A stretch of DNA of 124,000 nucleotides from Hyalangium minutum. Lineage in GTDB: Bacteria; Myxococcota; Myxococcia; Myxococcales; Myxococcaceae. A program made the position numbers and the translations under genes. Below, one piece after another: positions 88,977-99,359 of the stretch. The stretch covers positions 20,001 to 144,000 of the forward strand of contig NZ_JMCB01000005.1 of NCBI RefSeq assembly GCF_000737315.1. Direction: 5' to 3'. The notes beneath the pieces were generated by a model. The model was given only the letters and a program-made list of their open reading frames with translations, was not told the origin of the DNA and ran no database searches. Positions within the stretch are counted from its first letter, which is position 1; each line of letters starts with the position of its first letter.

Positions 88977-90044
88977 GTGACACGGCAGGGAAGGAGGCTG
89001 AGCGCCTCGCGGGTCCTCGGCCTGGGTGCCGCGGGCCTTGTGCTGTTGGCCGTCGCCTTCGCTATCGCCGTCCGCTTTGGCGAGCAGCCCATCTCCCTCT
89101 CCGCTGCGCTCGGCGATCCGCAGTCGAGCGACGCCGTCATCTTCTGGTCCCTGCGTCTGCCCCGCGCCCTGCTGGGCATCATCGTCGGCGCGGGGCTCGC
89201 GGCATCCGGAACCACGCTCCAGGGTCTGCTGCGCAACCCGCTGGCGGATCCGTTCGTGCTCGGCGTCTCCGGTGGTGCCGCCCTGGGCGCTACGCTCGCG
89301 CTGGCGTTGGGGCTGGCCACGGTGGGGCAGGTGGCCCCGGGGCTGTTCGGCGGGCTCTCGCGGCTCTCGGGGCCCGCGCTCCTGGCATTCGCCGGTGCGG
89401 GAGGCTCCGTGCTCTTCGTTCTCGCCGCCAGCCGGGGCCACTCCTCGCGGGCGCCTTATGCCGCGCTGCTCACGGGCGTGGTCTTCAACGCGTTCGCCTC
89501 CGCCGCCATCACGCTCATCAAGACGCTGTCCGCCCCGGATCGCCTGGGAGAGATTCTCTACTGGCTGGCGGGCTCGCTCGGTTACGAGCGCGGTGCCACG
89601 CTGGGGCTGGCCGCGCTGCTCCAGCTCGCCGCCATCGCGGTGATGGTGGCGCTCTCCGGACGGCTCAACTTGATGATGCTCGGGGACGAGGATGCCGCGG
89701 CCCTGGGAGTTCCCGTGGCCCGCACGCGGCGCCTGTTGCTGCTGGCCACCAGCGCGAGCGTCGCCGGAGCCGTGGCCCTCACGGGCTTGATTGGCTTCGT
89801 GGGCCTCATCGTGCCGCACGTGCTGCGACTGGCCTTCGGGCCGGATCAGCGGCTGCTCGTCCCGCTCTCCGCGCTGGGAGGCGCCGCGTTCCTGGTGCTG
89901 GCGGACGTGCTGGCGCGGGTGTCCTTCGCTTTCTTCGGCAACGAGCTGCCCGTTGGCGTCATCACGGCTCTGCTCGGCGGCCCCCTCTTCATTGCCCTGC
90001 TGTACCGGCGGGGCGGCGCCCCACGAGCAGAGGGCCGGGGGTGA
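88977..90044 (+). CDS. btuC: FecCD/BtuC ABC permease
   Basis: LRLPRAL, RNPLADPFVLGVS, IGFVGLIVPH. Confidence 0.88.
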   Translation: MTRQGRRLSASRVLGLGAAGLVLLAVAFAIAVRFGEQPISLSAALGDPQSSDAVIFWSLRLPRALLGIIVGAGLAASGTTLQGLLRNPLADPFVLGVSGGAALGATLALALGLATVGQVAPGLFGGLSRLSGPALLAFAGAGGSVLFVLAASRGHSSRAPYAALLTGVVFNAFASAAITLIKTLSAPDRLGEILYWLAGSLGYERGATLGLAALLQLAAIAVMVALSGRLNLMMLGDEDAAALGVPVARTRRLLLLATSASVAGAVALTGLIGFVGLIVPHVLRLAFGPDQRLLVPLSALGGAAFLVLADVLARVSFAFFGNELPVGVITALLGGPLFIALLYRRGGAPRAEGRG

Positions 90045-90047
90045 CAC

Positions 90048-91139
90048 TCACATGGCCGCTAATGAGGGCTGTCCCTCGCGCGTGAACTCTTCAATCTCCG
90101 CCATGCACCGGCGGGTCTCGTGCTCGGTGAGGAAGACGCGCAGCGCCTCGCGGATGGAGGGCATGGCCTGGATGAGTGTTCCCACGTTCAGGTGCTCGGG
90201 GTCCACGTTGGCCCGGCGGCAGGCGCGCGTGATGGTCGTGGCGGCGATCACCGGCGACAGGCCGCTGCACGCCACCACCCGATCAAAGAGCCGGCCCGGG
90301 GCAGCGCTGGCCATCGAGGAGCGGGGCATGGCATGCCGGGGGGGCTCGTCCTCCGCGGCGCGCCGCCGCAGCAGGTTGCGCACCTGCGCGCGCAGCAGCG
90401 TCATGTCGCTCGCCTTGGGGCAGAACGCATCCACCCCCGCCGCGAGCGCCTCCGCCATCTTCTGGCTCTCGAAGAGCGCGGTGAACATCAGCAGCGGCAC
90501 CGTGGCCATCTTCGGATCCGCGCGGATGATGCGCGCCGCCGCGATGCCATCCATCCGCGGCAGCACCAGGTCCATCAGGATGCAGTCCACCGGCTGCGCC
90601 TTCAGCAGCGAGAGCGCCTCCTCGGCCGAGACCGCGGCGATGAGGTCATGCCCGTCCTTGCGCAGCTCCTCCACCACGGCATGGAGGAAGGTGGGGCTGT
90701 CATCCACCACCAGCACCCGGCGGCGGCGCGCGGCGGCCACCAGCTTCGGCTCCAGGTCCATCGTGGTGGAGCGCGCCCGCGTCAGCTCCCGGGCCCGCTT
90801 CACCACCAGGGCCGGATCGTACGGCTTGCCCACGTAGTCGTTGGCCCCGCCGCTCAGGCCTCGGAGCCGGGCCTTCACGGCCGCCTCCGCGGAGAGCACG
90901 AGCACGGGCACATGGGCCGTGCGCTCCTCGGCGCGAAGCTGGATGAGCAGCTCCACGCCGTCTCCATCCTGGAGGATGACGTCGAGGATGATCAGATCGA
91001 CCCACTCCTCGGAGAGCGCCTTGCGCGCTGCCGCGATGCCTCCACACACCAGGGTATTGAAGCCCGCGGCGCTGAGTACCCCGCGGAGATCCGCTCGCAC
91101 AGTCGCGCTGTCATCGACGATGAGCACACTGGGTTTCAT
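90048..91139 (-). CDS. Dual-receiver response regulator with short C-terminal domain
   Basis: Two REC domains (VDDS...D...KP); start trimmed to MKPSVL. Confidence 0.88.
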   Translation of the reverse strand: MKPSVLIVDDSATVRADLRGVLSAAGFNTLVCGGIAAARKALSEEWVDLIILDVILQDGDGVELLIQLRAEERTAHVPVLVLSAEAAVKARLRGLSGGANDYVGKPYDPALVVKRARELTRARSTTMDLEPKLVAAARRRRVLVVDDSPTFLHAVVEELRKDGHDLIAAVSAEEALSLLKAQPVDCILMDLVLPRMDGIAAARIIRADPKMATVPLLMFTALFESQKMAEALAAGVDAFCPKASDMTLLRAQVRNLLRRRAAEDEPPRHAMPRSSMASAAPGRLFDRVVACSGLSPVIAATTITRACRRANVDPEHLNVGTLIQAMPSIREALRVFLTEHETRRCMAEIEEFTREGQPSLAAM

Positions 91140-91786
91140 GCTGGCCTTCCTTTCACTGCCGTGCGCGCGAGTGCCGCCAGGCACCCGGGCAGATCCTGCA
91201 ACCCGACGACGTGTTGGACCGCGCCCAGCCGGATGGCCTCGCACGGCATTCCAAAGACGGCGGAGCTGGCCTCGTCCTGAGCCAGCGTTGTTGCGCCCAC
91301 CTTCTGGAGCGCCTGAAGCCCCTGGGCTCCGTCCCGCCCCATCCCCGTCAGCAGGCAGCCAATGGCGTACGGCCCAAGCTGCTGCGCGGCCGACTCGAAG
91401 AGCACATCCACCGAGGGACGGCACGAGTGCCGCTCCGGCTCGTCCGTCAGCCACAGCCGGCCGCTGTGCATCCGCAGGTGCCGGTTGGCCCGTGCCATCA
91501 CCACCTGAGGAAGGCCCACCGGTGGCAGTGGCTCTCCGTCCACCGCCTGGCGCACGGGGAAGGGCGCGTCCTTGCCCAGCAACTCTATCAGCGTGTTCTC
91601 GAAGGACTCGGAGAGGTGGAGCACCAGGAAGATGGGCAGAGAGAAGTCTCGAGGCAGTCCCCGGATCAACTGCCGCACGGCCGTGGGGCCGCCGGTGGAG
91701 CCGCCCATCACGACCGCACGCGGAGCTCGCGCCGGAGCGGGCAGGAGCGGCGGCCTCGAAGGCCTGGGGAGAGTGAGCGATGTCAT
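91136..91786 (-). CDS. cheB: CheB methylesterase lacking a receiver domain
   Basis: GSTGGP, H, LTGMGRDG; only 216 aa. Confidence 0.9.
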   Translation of the reverse strand: MTSLTLPRPSRPPLLPAPARAPRAVVMGGSTGGPTAVRQLIRGLPRDFSLPIFLVLHLSESFENTLIELLGKDAPFPVRQAVDGEPLPPVGLPQVVMARANRHLRMHSGRLWLTDEPERHSCRPSVDVLFESAAQQLGPYAIGCLLTGMGRDGAQGLQALQKVGATTLAQDEASSAVFGMPCEAIRLGAVQHVVGLQDLPGCLAALARTAVKGRPA

Positions 91787-93861
91787 GGAGCAGTCCTCCG
91801 CTCTTCCGGCCCGCCGGAGAGGCGCGCCACGGTGTCGAGGAAGCCCTGTTGATCAAACTCGCCCTTGACGATGTACGCCGAGACCCCCACCTCTTTCCCG
91901 CGTCTCCGGGCTTCCTCGGTTCCCAGGGATGACACCATGATCACGGGCAGCGCCGCCAGTGAGGGGTGGGCCCGCAGTCTTCGGGTGAACTCCAGCCCGC
92001 TCATGCCCGGCATCTCCACATCCACGATGATGAGCGCTGGAGGGCTCTTGAGCACCTGCTCCATGCCCTCCTCGCCGGAGGCCGCCAGCGCCACGGCGTA
92101 GCCCGCGGACTCGAGGATGCTCTGCTCCAGCATCCGCGTCGTCACCGAGTCGTCGATGACGAGGATGCTGCGGCGGCGCATGGTGCGAGGCGCGGCCGGG
92201 AGTGCCGAGCCCTGGCGGACGCGCTGGGCCAGCCCCACCGCGTCCAGCACGAGCACGGGCTCGCCCTGGGCATCGAAGCTGGCGCCGGCCACCAGCGGCA
92301 GCGCGGGAACGGAGGGCGGCAGCGGCTTCACCACCACGCGGCGGATGCCGTACATCCGGTCCAGGCCCACCGCCACCTGCTCCGCGCCCTGGCCGAGCAC
92401 TGCCACCGACCACGGCCGGTTGCGCGCCTCCTCGGCTCGCCCCAGCACCGTCACCAGGGGGAGGAAGGGCACGGCCTGGCCCTCGTGGACGAAGGTGGCG
92501 TGGGCGCCCGTCCAGGTAAAGGACTCTGGGGGCAGGCGCACCGAGGCCGTCAGTGCATCCAGCGGCAGCAGCAGCCGCTGGCCGCCCGCCTCGGCCTCCA
92601 GCACCTCCTGCGAGATGAGGGAGACGGGCACCTCCAGCGTGAAGCGAGTGCCCAGGCCAGGCCGGCTGGTGGCGCTGGCTACGCCCTTCAGCTCGCGCGC
92701 CGTCTCCCGCAGCACATCCAGCCCCACTCCGCGGCCGGACACGTCCGTCACTTCGGAGGCCGTGCTGAAGCCCGCGCGGAAGAGCAGCTCCAGCAGGGCC
92801 TGCTCGTCGAGCGTCTCGGCCTCTCCCTCCGTGACGAGCCCGTGCTCCACTGCCGCTTGACGCACCCGCGCGAGGTCCACGCCGCGGCCATCGTCCTCGC
92901 AGGAGAAGCGCACCCGGGCGCCGCAGCGCTCCACGCGCACGCAGAGGCGGCCCTGCACCGGCTTGCCCAGCGAGAGCCGCTCCTCGGGCTCCTCCAGCCC
93001 ATGGTCCACCGCGTTGCGCACCACGTGGAGCAGCGCCTGGCGCACCGCCGCCAGCACGTGCCCATCCAGCCTCACGTCCTCGCCCTCGAGCTCGAAGGAG
93101 ACGCGCTTGCCCAGCGAGGCCGCGGCCTCGTGCGCCGCCAGCTCCAGCGGCTGGGCGAGGGAGGAGGCGGGAACCAGCCGCAGCGCATGGCTGGCATCGC
93201 GCAGCCGCGTCAGCTCGTTCTCCGCCTTGCCCAGCCCACCATCCAGCCAGCGCCCCGCCCGGGAGAGCGCGCTGTGGAGCGCATCGGCCACCGCCAGCGT
93301 GCGGGAGAGCCACCGGGCGTGCTCGGCGGGCGAGGCGCTCGAAGCCGCGGGGGCGGTGAGCAGCTCCAGCAACCCTTGCGAGGCCCGCCGCGCCTGCCCT
93401 ACCGCCTCCACCGACTGCCGCAGCCCACCAAGCTGCACCACCGCCTCCGCCACCCCATCCAGCAGCTCGTCCAGCGCCGCCAGCTCCACGCGCACCGTCT
93501 CCCTCGCGGGCGCGGAGGGAGCGGCCTCCGGGGTGCTCGGCGCGGGAGACCCCACCGCCTCCAGCACCCCACGCATCTGCCCCACCAGCTTGAGGAACTC
93601 CCCCACACTCTCGCGCGGCAGCGGCGCGCCCTGCGCGCGGTAGGGCGCGAGCGCGTCCTCCAGCGCGTGGGCCATCTCCGCCAGCTGGGCCTGCTTCACC
93701 ACCTGCGCGGCGCCCTTGAGCGTGTGCGCCCAGCGGAACAGCTGCGGCACCACCTGCGGATCCTCGCCACCTTCCTGCAGGGAAACGAAGCCCTGGCTGA
93801 GCTGCTCCAGCAGCTCGCGGGCCTCGACCTGGAAGTGGCTGAAGACGCCGGGAGGGTTCAT
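91783..93861 (-). CDS. cheA: Hybrid CheA-receiver kinase
   Basis: FRWAHTLKG Hpt, [18 protein letters not shown]-terminal REC. Confidence 0.93.
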   Translation of the reverse strand: MNPPGVFSHFQVEARELLEQLSQGFVSLQEGGEDPQVVPQLFRWAHTLKGAAQVVKQAQLAEMAHALEDALAPYRAQGAPLPRESVGEFLKLVGQMRGVLEAVGSPAPSTPEAAPSAPARETVRVELAALDELLDGVAEAVVQLGGLRQSVEAVGQARRASQGLLELLTAPAASSASPAEHARWLSRTLAVADALHSALSRAGRWLDGGLGKAENELTRLRDASHALRLVPASSLAQPLELAAHEAAASLGKRVSFELEGEDVRLDGHVLAAVRQALLHVVRNAVDHGLEEPEERLSLGKPVQGRLCVRVERCGARVRFSCEDDGRGVDLARVRQAAVEHGLVTEGEAETLDEQALLELLFRAGFSTASEVTDVSGRGVGLDVLRETARELKGVASATSRPGLGTRFTLEVPVSLISQEVLEAEAGGQRLLLPLDALTASVRLPPESFTWTGAHATFVHEGQAVPFLPLVTVLGRAEEARNRPWSVAVLGQGAEQVAVGLDRMYGIRRVVVKPLPPSVPALPLVAGASFDAQGEPVLVLDAVGLAQRVRQGSALPAAPRTMRRRSILVIDDSVTTRMLEQSILESAGYAVALAASGEEGMEQVLKSPPALIIVDVEMPGMSGLEFTRRLRAHPSLAALPVIMVSSLGTEEARRRGKEVGVSAYIVKGEFDQQGFLDTVARLSGGPEERRTAP

Positions 93862-95336
93862 CTCGCGTTCGTGTGCCGGGCATCCACCAGCGTCGCGAGC
93901 TGGCGGGAGAGTTGGATGAGGTGCGTGGAGGTCTGCAACGTTTGAGAAGAACTCACCTCCGTCTGCTTGGCGGTGACGGCCACCTGCTGAATGGCGGCGC
94001 TCACCTGCTCCACCGCCGAGGTCTGCTGCTGGGTGCTCAGCTCAATCTGCCGCGCCACGTCCAGGTTGGCGCTCGTCAGCTCGGAGATGCGCCGGAAGGT
94101 GCCGGCCACTTCGGCGAACTGCCGGGCGCCGTTCTGCACCGCCTTGGAGCCATCCTCGGTGGCCATGATGGTGGTGTTGGCTGCCGCGCGGACCTCGTCG
94201 ATGAGGGTGCGCACATCCTTGGTGGAGACGCCCACCCGGTCCGCCAGCTTGCGAATCTCCTCGGCCACCACCGCGAAGCGCCGCCCGTGCTCGCCCGCGC
94301 CCGCGCTCTCGATGGTGGCGTTGATGGCGAGGATGTTCGTCTGCTCGGCCAGCTCGTTGATGATGTCCAGGATGCCGCCGATCTGCTGGGTGCGCTTGCC
94401 CAGGTCCAGCATGTGGCTGACGATGACGTCCACCTGGCGGCGCACCGACTCGATGGCCTCCTGGGCCCGGTCCACCGTCTGCACGCCCTGGCCGGTGGCG
94501 TTGGCCGTCTCGTCCGCGGCCAGGGATACCTGCTGCGCGCTGCCGGCGATCTGCCGGAACGTGGAGAGCAGCTCCTTGACGGTGGTGGAGACCTCCGTGG
94601 TGGCCGAGGCCTGCTCGCGCGCGCCCGCGGCCTGCTGCGTGGCGGCCGCCTGCAGCTCCGTGGAGGAGCTCTGCACGTGCTCCACCGCCAGGCCGATCTG
94701 CCGCCGCAGCCCGCGGGTGATGTAGACGCCCGCGCCGATGATGACGATGATCAGCGCGCCCACGCCCAGCTCCGACAGCAGGGTGAGGAAGTGGGCCTCC
94801 TCCTGGGCCACGCGGTCGCGCTCCTGGAGCAGGTTCTGCTCCACGGACACCATCTCGGCGACCCGGGAGCGCAGATCCCGGATGGTCTCCCGCGTCTTCG
94901 GGGTGAGGATGAGCGACTGGGTGGTCTCGAAGCCGTGCTCGCGGCGCGTGGCGATGACGGTGCGCATCTCCTCTATCCGGGCCTCGAGGCCGGGCCGCAG
95001 CGACGCCAGCCGGCGCATCTGCTCGGGGTCGTCCATGAGCAGCCGGCTCAGATCATCCATGGCCTTGCGCAGGTCCGCTTCGCCCTCCACGAAGGTATCC
95101 AGCGAGGACTCCTGCCCGGTGATGACGAAGCCACGCGTCCCCATCTCCGCCGCTCGCATGTTGGAAGGGATGGCTTCCAGCCGTCCGATCACCTGATAGG
95201 TGTGGGCCACGCGCTGGCTGGACTCCAGGAACCGGCGGTTGGCCATCAGCCCCACGATGGCGAGAGGGATCATGATGAGCATGACCGCGGCATACCCGGC
95301 GGCGATCTGCTGGCCGACCGTCAACTTCCGACGCAT
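93858..95336 (-). CDS. Methyl-accepting chemotaxis protein with CHASE3 sensor
   Basis: ETGTRG-like CHASE3 segment, [31 protein letters not shown]. Confidence 0.92.
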   Translation of the reverse strand: MRRKLTVGQQIAAGYAAVMLIMIPLAIVGLMANRRFLESSQRVAHTYQVIGRLEAIPSNMRAAEMGTRGFVITGQESSLDTFVEGEADLRKAMDDLSRLLMDDPEQMRRLASLRPGLEARIEEMRTVIATRREHGFETTQSLILTPKTRETIRDLRSRVAEMVSVEQNLLQERDRVAQEEAHFLTLLSELGVGALIIVIIGAGVYITRGLRRQIGLAVEHVQSSSTELQAAATQQAAGAREQASATTEVSTTVKELLSTFRQIAGSAQQVSLAADETANATGQGVQTVDRAQEAIESVRRQVDVIVSHMLDLGKRTQQIGGILDIINELAEQTNILAINATIESAGAGEHGRRFAVVAEEIRKLADRVGVSTKDVRTLIDEVRAAANTTIMATEDGSKAVQNGARQFAEVAGTFRRISELTSANLDVARQIELSTQQQTSAVEQVSAAIQQVAVTAKQTEVSSSQTLQTSTHLIQLSRQLATLVDARHTNAR

Positions 95337-95339
95337 GAA

Positions 95340-95873
95340 CTACCTCTCAATTCGCGGAGCTTGGGCTCCGTCCAGCAAGTCCTTCACCAACGAAGCCATA
95401 TCGAGCACGGGCAGTGGCGGCTCCCCGGGCCGCAGCACGGCGGAGCTCAAGTAGGGCCGGGGCGCGGCGCCCGCGTGGGGCCGCAGTTGCCCGGGAGGGA
95501 CGCGGAGCTGGCCCTCGAAGCCTCCCGCGGCCAGCCCCACGCGCTGCGAGGCATCTCCCAGCAGCAGCCAGCGCGGAGGCTCGTCCAGGGGCAGCCCGAG
95601 GCACGTCGCCAGCGAGTGCACCGCCACGAGCTGCCCGCGCAGGCCCACCACCCCCAGCAACCCGGGAGGGCTGTCCGGCAGGGCCACGACGCGGGCCAGG
95701 GCGTGGAGGCCCTTGAGTTGGTTCAGGGGCACCGCCAGCACCGTTCCGCCCACGCTCAGGCGCAGCAGGACCTCCCGGTGGGCCTCCGCGAGGACGGCGG
95801 GACGCGCGAAGGAGGCGTCGAACTCCGATTTCAGCTCAGCCAGCCGCTGCGAGAGTTCCTCGTGGCTCTTCAT
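95340..95873 (-). CDS. cheW: CheW (WspD-like)
   Basis: FDASFA N-terminus, LLGVVGLRG. Confidence 0.88.
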   Translation of the reverse strand: MKSHEELSQRLAELKSEFDASFARPAVLAEAHREVLLRLSVGGTVLAVPLNQLKGLHALARVVALPDSPPGLLGVVGLRGQLVAVHSLATCLGLPLDEPPRWLLLGDASQRVGLAAGGFEGQLRVPPGQLRPHAGAAPRPYLSSAVLRPGEPPLPVLDMASLVKDLLDGAQAPRIER

Positions 95874-97315
95874 GGGCCCTCCGAGCACGCGAGCAGCTCT
95901 CGCTGGCAGACCTGCATCAACCCGTGGCGGCCGAACCCCCCGCCGAACAGCGCGAGGTGAACGGGCTGCTCGTGGGCGAGCAGGGTGAGCGCCAGCCGCA
96001 GCGCCACGCGGGCGGTGAGGGGCGTTCCGTCCCTCCGCGCGAGCATGCCCAGGCGCAGGTGGCCGAGGGCAAAGGTGGGCTCCAGGTGGACGGCGCGCTC
96101 ATAGCGGGCCCGCGCGCTGGGCCCGTCTCCGGCCTGCTCGCGGCACAGGCCCAGCAGGTAGTTCGCCCCGGCGCCCTGCACCCCACGCTCGACGAGCACC
96201 TCGCTCAGCCGCTCCGCCTCCTGGAAGCGGCCGGCCTGCAGGTGGAGCGCGGCGCGCAGCAACTGCATCACCGGCTGCTCCCGCTCGGACTCGGGCAGCC
96301 CCTCCAGCCAGGAGCGGGCGTCGGCATAGCGCTCCTCCTCGAAGAGGCGCCAGGCGCGGGCCGTGCCCTCTGGCGTGGCCGCGGTGTCCTTCGGCCGGGG
96401 GAGGGAGCCCCCCAGCGGCGTGGGCATGGAGAAGGGAGCGGGCGTGGCGCGAGGCGCGGGAGTGGCCACGGGCGTCAGGGTACCGGGGCGAGGGGTGGCT
96501 CGCGTAGCGCGGCCGCGCTGGAAGTAGAAGGCATCGCCCGCCTGCTGTATCTCGAAGGACTCCGAAAGTCCCCGCAGGTTCTCGGAGGGGCCCAGGAACA
96601 GGAACCCACCGGGCGTGAGCGCCTGCTCCAGCCGGGCGATGACCCGCCGGGCCGTCTCGGGCGAGAAGTAGATGAGGACGTTGCGGCAGAGGATGACGTC
96701 GAAGGAGCCCGGCATCCAGAAGGGAGAGTCCTCCAGCAGGTTGCGCTCCTCGAAGACGACGGAGTCGCGCAGGTCTGGCCGCAGGGCGAACCCGCCGTCC
96801 GGCAGCGAGAAGAACCACCGCTCGCGCAGGAACTCGGGGGTGGAGCGCAGGGCCCAGGGCGCGTAGTGGGCCCAGCGCGCGCGGGCGATGGCGCGCGGGT
96901 TGAGATCCATGCCGGTGATGAAGAGGCGCTCGGCGTCCACGCGGGGGCTCTCGCGCCCGAGGATGGCCAGCGAGTACGGCTCCTCTCCAGTGGAGCACCC
97001 GGCGGAGAGCACGCGGGCAGGGCGGCCCTCGCGCTGCACCCACGGGAGGACCCGCTCCACCAGGGCCTCGAGCTGGACTTGGTGACGGAAGAAGTACGTC
97101 TCGCCCACGGTGAGGCGCTCGGCCAGGGCGCGCAGCTCGGGATCGCTGGGCCCGGCCGTCTCCAGCTGGTCGAGGTAGTCGTCCCAGCGGCGGCGGGGGG
97201 CCAGGTCGGCCAGGAGTGTGGCCAGCTCCTGCCGCGTCTCGAGGGCGGGCACCAGTCCGAGGCGCCGCTCCACGAGCCCGGCGAGCCGGTCGATGAGCAC
97301 GTCCTGCTCGCTCAT
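95870..97315 (-). CDS. cheR: CheR methyltransferase with TPRs (WspC-like)
   Basis: TVGETYFFR, SAGCSTGEEPYS, CRNVLIYF, C-terminal TPR. Confidence 0.92.
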   Translation of the reverse strand: MSEQDVLIDRLAGLVERRLGLVPALETRQELATLLADLAPRRRWDDYLDQLETAGPSDPELRALAERLTVGETYFFRHQVQLEALVERVLPWVQREGRPARVLSAGCSTGEEPYSLAILGRESPRVDAERLFITGMDLNPRAIARARWAHYAPWALRSTPEFLRERWFFSLPDGGFALRPDLRDSVVFEERNLLEDSPFWMPGSFDVILCRNVLIYFSPETARRVIARLEQALTPGGFLFLGPSENLRGLSESFEIQQAGDAFYFQRGRATRATPRPGTLTPVATPAPRATPAPFSMPTPLGGSLPRPKDTAATPEGTARAWRLFEEERYADARSWLEGLPESEREQPVMQLLRAALHLQAGRFQEAERLSEVLVERGVQGAGANYLLGLCREQAGDGPSARARYERAVHLEPTFALGHLRLGMLARRDGTPLTARVALRLALTLLAHEQPVHLALFGGGFGRHGLMQVCQRELLACSEGP

Positions 97316-97776
97316 GCCGCACCTCCGGAGGAGGCCAGCCGGGACCACGCATCCGCCGGCAGCAGGCGGGCCGCGCTCAGCGCTCCGAGCAACTGGCCAT
97401 CCAGCGTGCCCAGCACCTCGAGGTGGCCGGACGCGGCGCCTTGCAGCAGCGGGGGAACGGCCCCCAGCTCCGAGGCGTTGAGCTCGCGCAGTCCGAGCAC
97501 CTCATCCACCTCCAGGGCCACCTGGCGCGCGGAGACGCGGAGCAGGACGAAGCGCCGGGGCTCGGTCGAGGCCGCGCCGCCCATCAGCGCCGCGAGGCTG
97601 AGCACCGGCGTGGGCTCGCCGCGCACCACGGACACGCCGCGCACGAAGGAGGGCACTCCGGCGACAGGGGACACGGGCAGCGGGCGCAAGGTCTCGATGA
97701 CCTCGCCCATCGGCAGCGCGCACCTCCAGCCGTGCGCACGGACCATGAGAAAACGTCCCGCGACTTCACCCGGCAT
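97312..97776 (-). CDS. cheW: CheW (WspB-like)
   Basis: EVIETLRPLP, VRGVSVVRG. Confidence 0.88.
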   Translation of the reverse strand: MPGEVAGRFLMVRAHGWRCALPMGEVIETLRPLPVSPVAGVPSFVRGVSVVRGEPTPVLSLAALMGGAASTEPRRFVLLRVSARQVALEVDEVLGLRELNASELGAVPPLLQGAASGHLEVLGTLDGQLLGALSAARLLPADAWSRLASSGGAA

Positions 97777-97942
97777 TCCGCCCCCTCTGGCGCAACAGGG
97801 GCGTTATGACGGACGGTGAATTTCTCCGCCGTGTCATTTTCAGGACGGTGCCATGACCGTCCGAAAGCAGACAGGTAGGGATGACGGAATTATCCAGAGA
97901 ACCCGAATTTCGAGGTCAAAACGGCCTCTCCATTCTCGGCGC

Positions 97943-98431
97943 TCAAGAAGATTGAAAGCGGAACGGGTGGCGGACGTGGGTGGGATAGGAGGAGTCGGAC
98001 GCGCGGAAGATCCAGCTCTTCACCTCTTGGAGCACGCAGCTCGCGAGTTCACTGTTACCGGTGGTGTTGGAGGTCACGGTGGCGCCGAAGACGTTGCCGC
98101 CTGGGGAGATGTCCCACTCCACGATGACTTCGCCTTGAACTGCGGGGGACCAGGCGCGAGCGCGGGCGTAGCAGCTCTCGATCTGCGGCGAGTGGCTGCG
98201 GATGACCGCGAGGTACGGCTCTTCTTGGAAGGGGGGAGGCTGGCTCGGCAACTGAGGCGGGGGTGCATCGTCGTGGGGCTGGGAGGGCGCGGGCGTGTCG
98301 GGGGTGGGCTGCTGCGGAGGCGGAGGCCGAGGCTTCTCGGTGCGGGGAGGAAACTTCGCCTTGGCCCTGCCCGTGTTCGGAACCTGGTTCAGGGAGAGGG
98401 CCAGCAGTGCCATCGCCGCGACGTGGATCAT
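97943..98431 (-). CDS. AgmX/PglI C-terminal (TonB_C-like) domain protein
   Basis: Signal peptide, Pro-rich linker, IESCY...QGEV.VEW.I...G.V. Confidence 0.78.
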   Translation of the reverse strand: MIHVAAMALLALSLNQVPNTGRAKAKFPPRTEKPRPPPPQQPTPDTPAPSQPHDDAPPPQLPSQPPPFQEEPYLAVIRSHSPQIESCYARARAWSPAVQGEVIVEWDISPGGNVFGATVTSNTTGNSELASCVLQEVKSWIFRASDSSYPTHVRHPFRFQSS

Positions 98432-98508
98432 GCGGGCATGTCTAGCATAGGCAATCCGGCTTCATTCATGATGCGGCCGGGGCTGGAGCCTCTTCCAAGG
98501 ATCGAACA

Positions 98509-99312
98509 ATGCCGGACCGGATGCCCGTGGTGTTCCTGCCGCACGGCGGCGGCCCCTGGCCCTTCGTGGACCTGGGCTTTGATGACAAGCCGGGCTTCGA
98601 CGCGCTGTCGGGCTACCTGCGCTCGGTGCGCGCTGTGCCCAAGACAGGGCCCAAGGCCCTGCTGGTCATCTCGGCGCACTGGGAGGAGCCACTGCCCACG
98701 GTGATGACCGCCGAGCGCCCGCCCATGCTCTACGACTACTACGGCTTCCCGCCCGAGTCGTACGCGCTCACGTGGCCCGCGCCGGGCCATCCGAAGCTCG
98801 CCGAGCGCGTGCGGCAGCTTCTCGGGGCGGCGGGGTTCCAGACGGCGGCGGACCCTCAGCGTGGCTACGATCACGGCACCTTCGTGCCGCTCAAGCTGAC
98901 GTATCCCGAGGCGGACGTGCCCGTGGTGCAGCTGTCGCTCAAGCAGGGACTGGATCCCCAGGAGCACCTGGCGATGGGGCGTGCGCTGGCGCCGCTGCGC
99001 GACGAGGGCGTGTTCATCATCGGCAGCGGGATGACGTTCCACAACCTGCGGGCGTTCATGGATCCGCGCTCGCGCGGCATTGCCGAGCAGTTCGACGCGT
99101 GGCTGCGGGAGTCGGCCACGCTGGAGCCGAAGGAGCGCGATGGCCGGCTGATCCACTGGGAGGAAGCTCCGGTGGCGCGGCTGGCGCACCCGCGAGAGGA
99201 GCACCTGCTGCCGCTGATGGTCATCGCTGGAGCGGCGGGCTCGGACCGGGGAACCACGGCGTACAACGCCACGTTTATGGGCCTGCGCCTGTCCGCCTAT
99301 CACTTCGGGTAG
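98509..99312 (+). CDS. DODA/LigB-type extradiol dioxygenase
   Basis: PHGGGP, SAHW, DHG, GSGMTFHNL, HPREEH. Confidence 0.9.
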   Translation: MPDRMPVVFLPHGGGPWPFVDLGFDDKPGFDALSGYLRSVRAVPKTGPKALLVISAHWEEPLPTVMTAERPPMLYDYYGFPPESYALTWPAPGHPKLAERVRQLLGAAGFQTAADPQRGYDHGTFVPLKLTYPEADVPVVQLSLKQGLDPQEHLAMGRALAPLRDEGVFIIGSGMTFHNLRAFMDPRSRGIAEQFDAWLRESATLEPKERDGRLIHWEEAPVARLAHPREEHLLPLMVIAGAAGSDRGTTAYNATFMGLRLSAYHFG

Positions 99313-99359
99313 GCGAGGGCGGACTGGGTCTCAGGGCTGCTCGATTCATCCCAGGCGCC

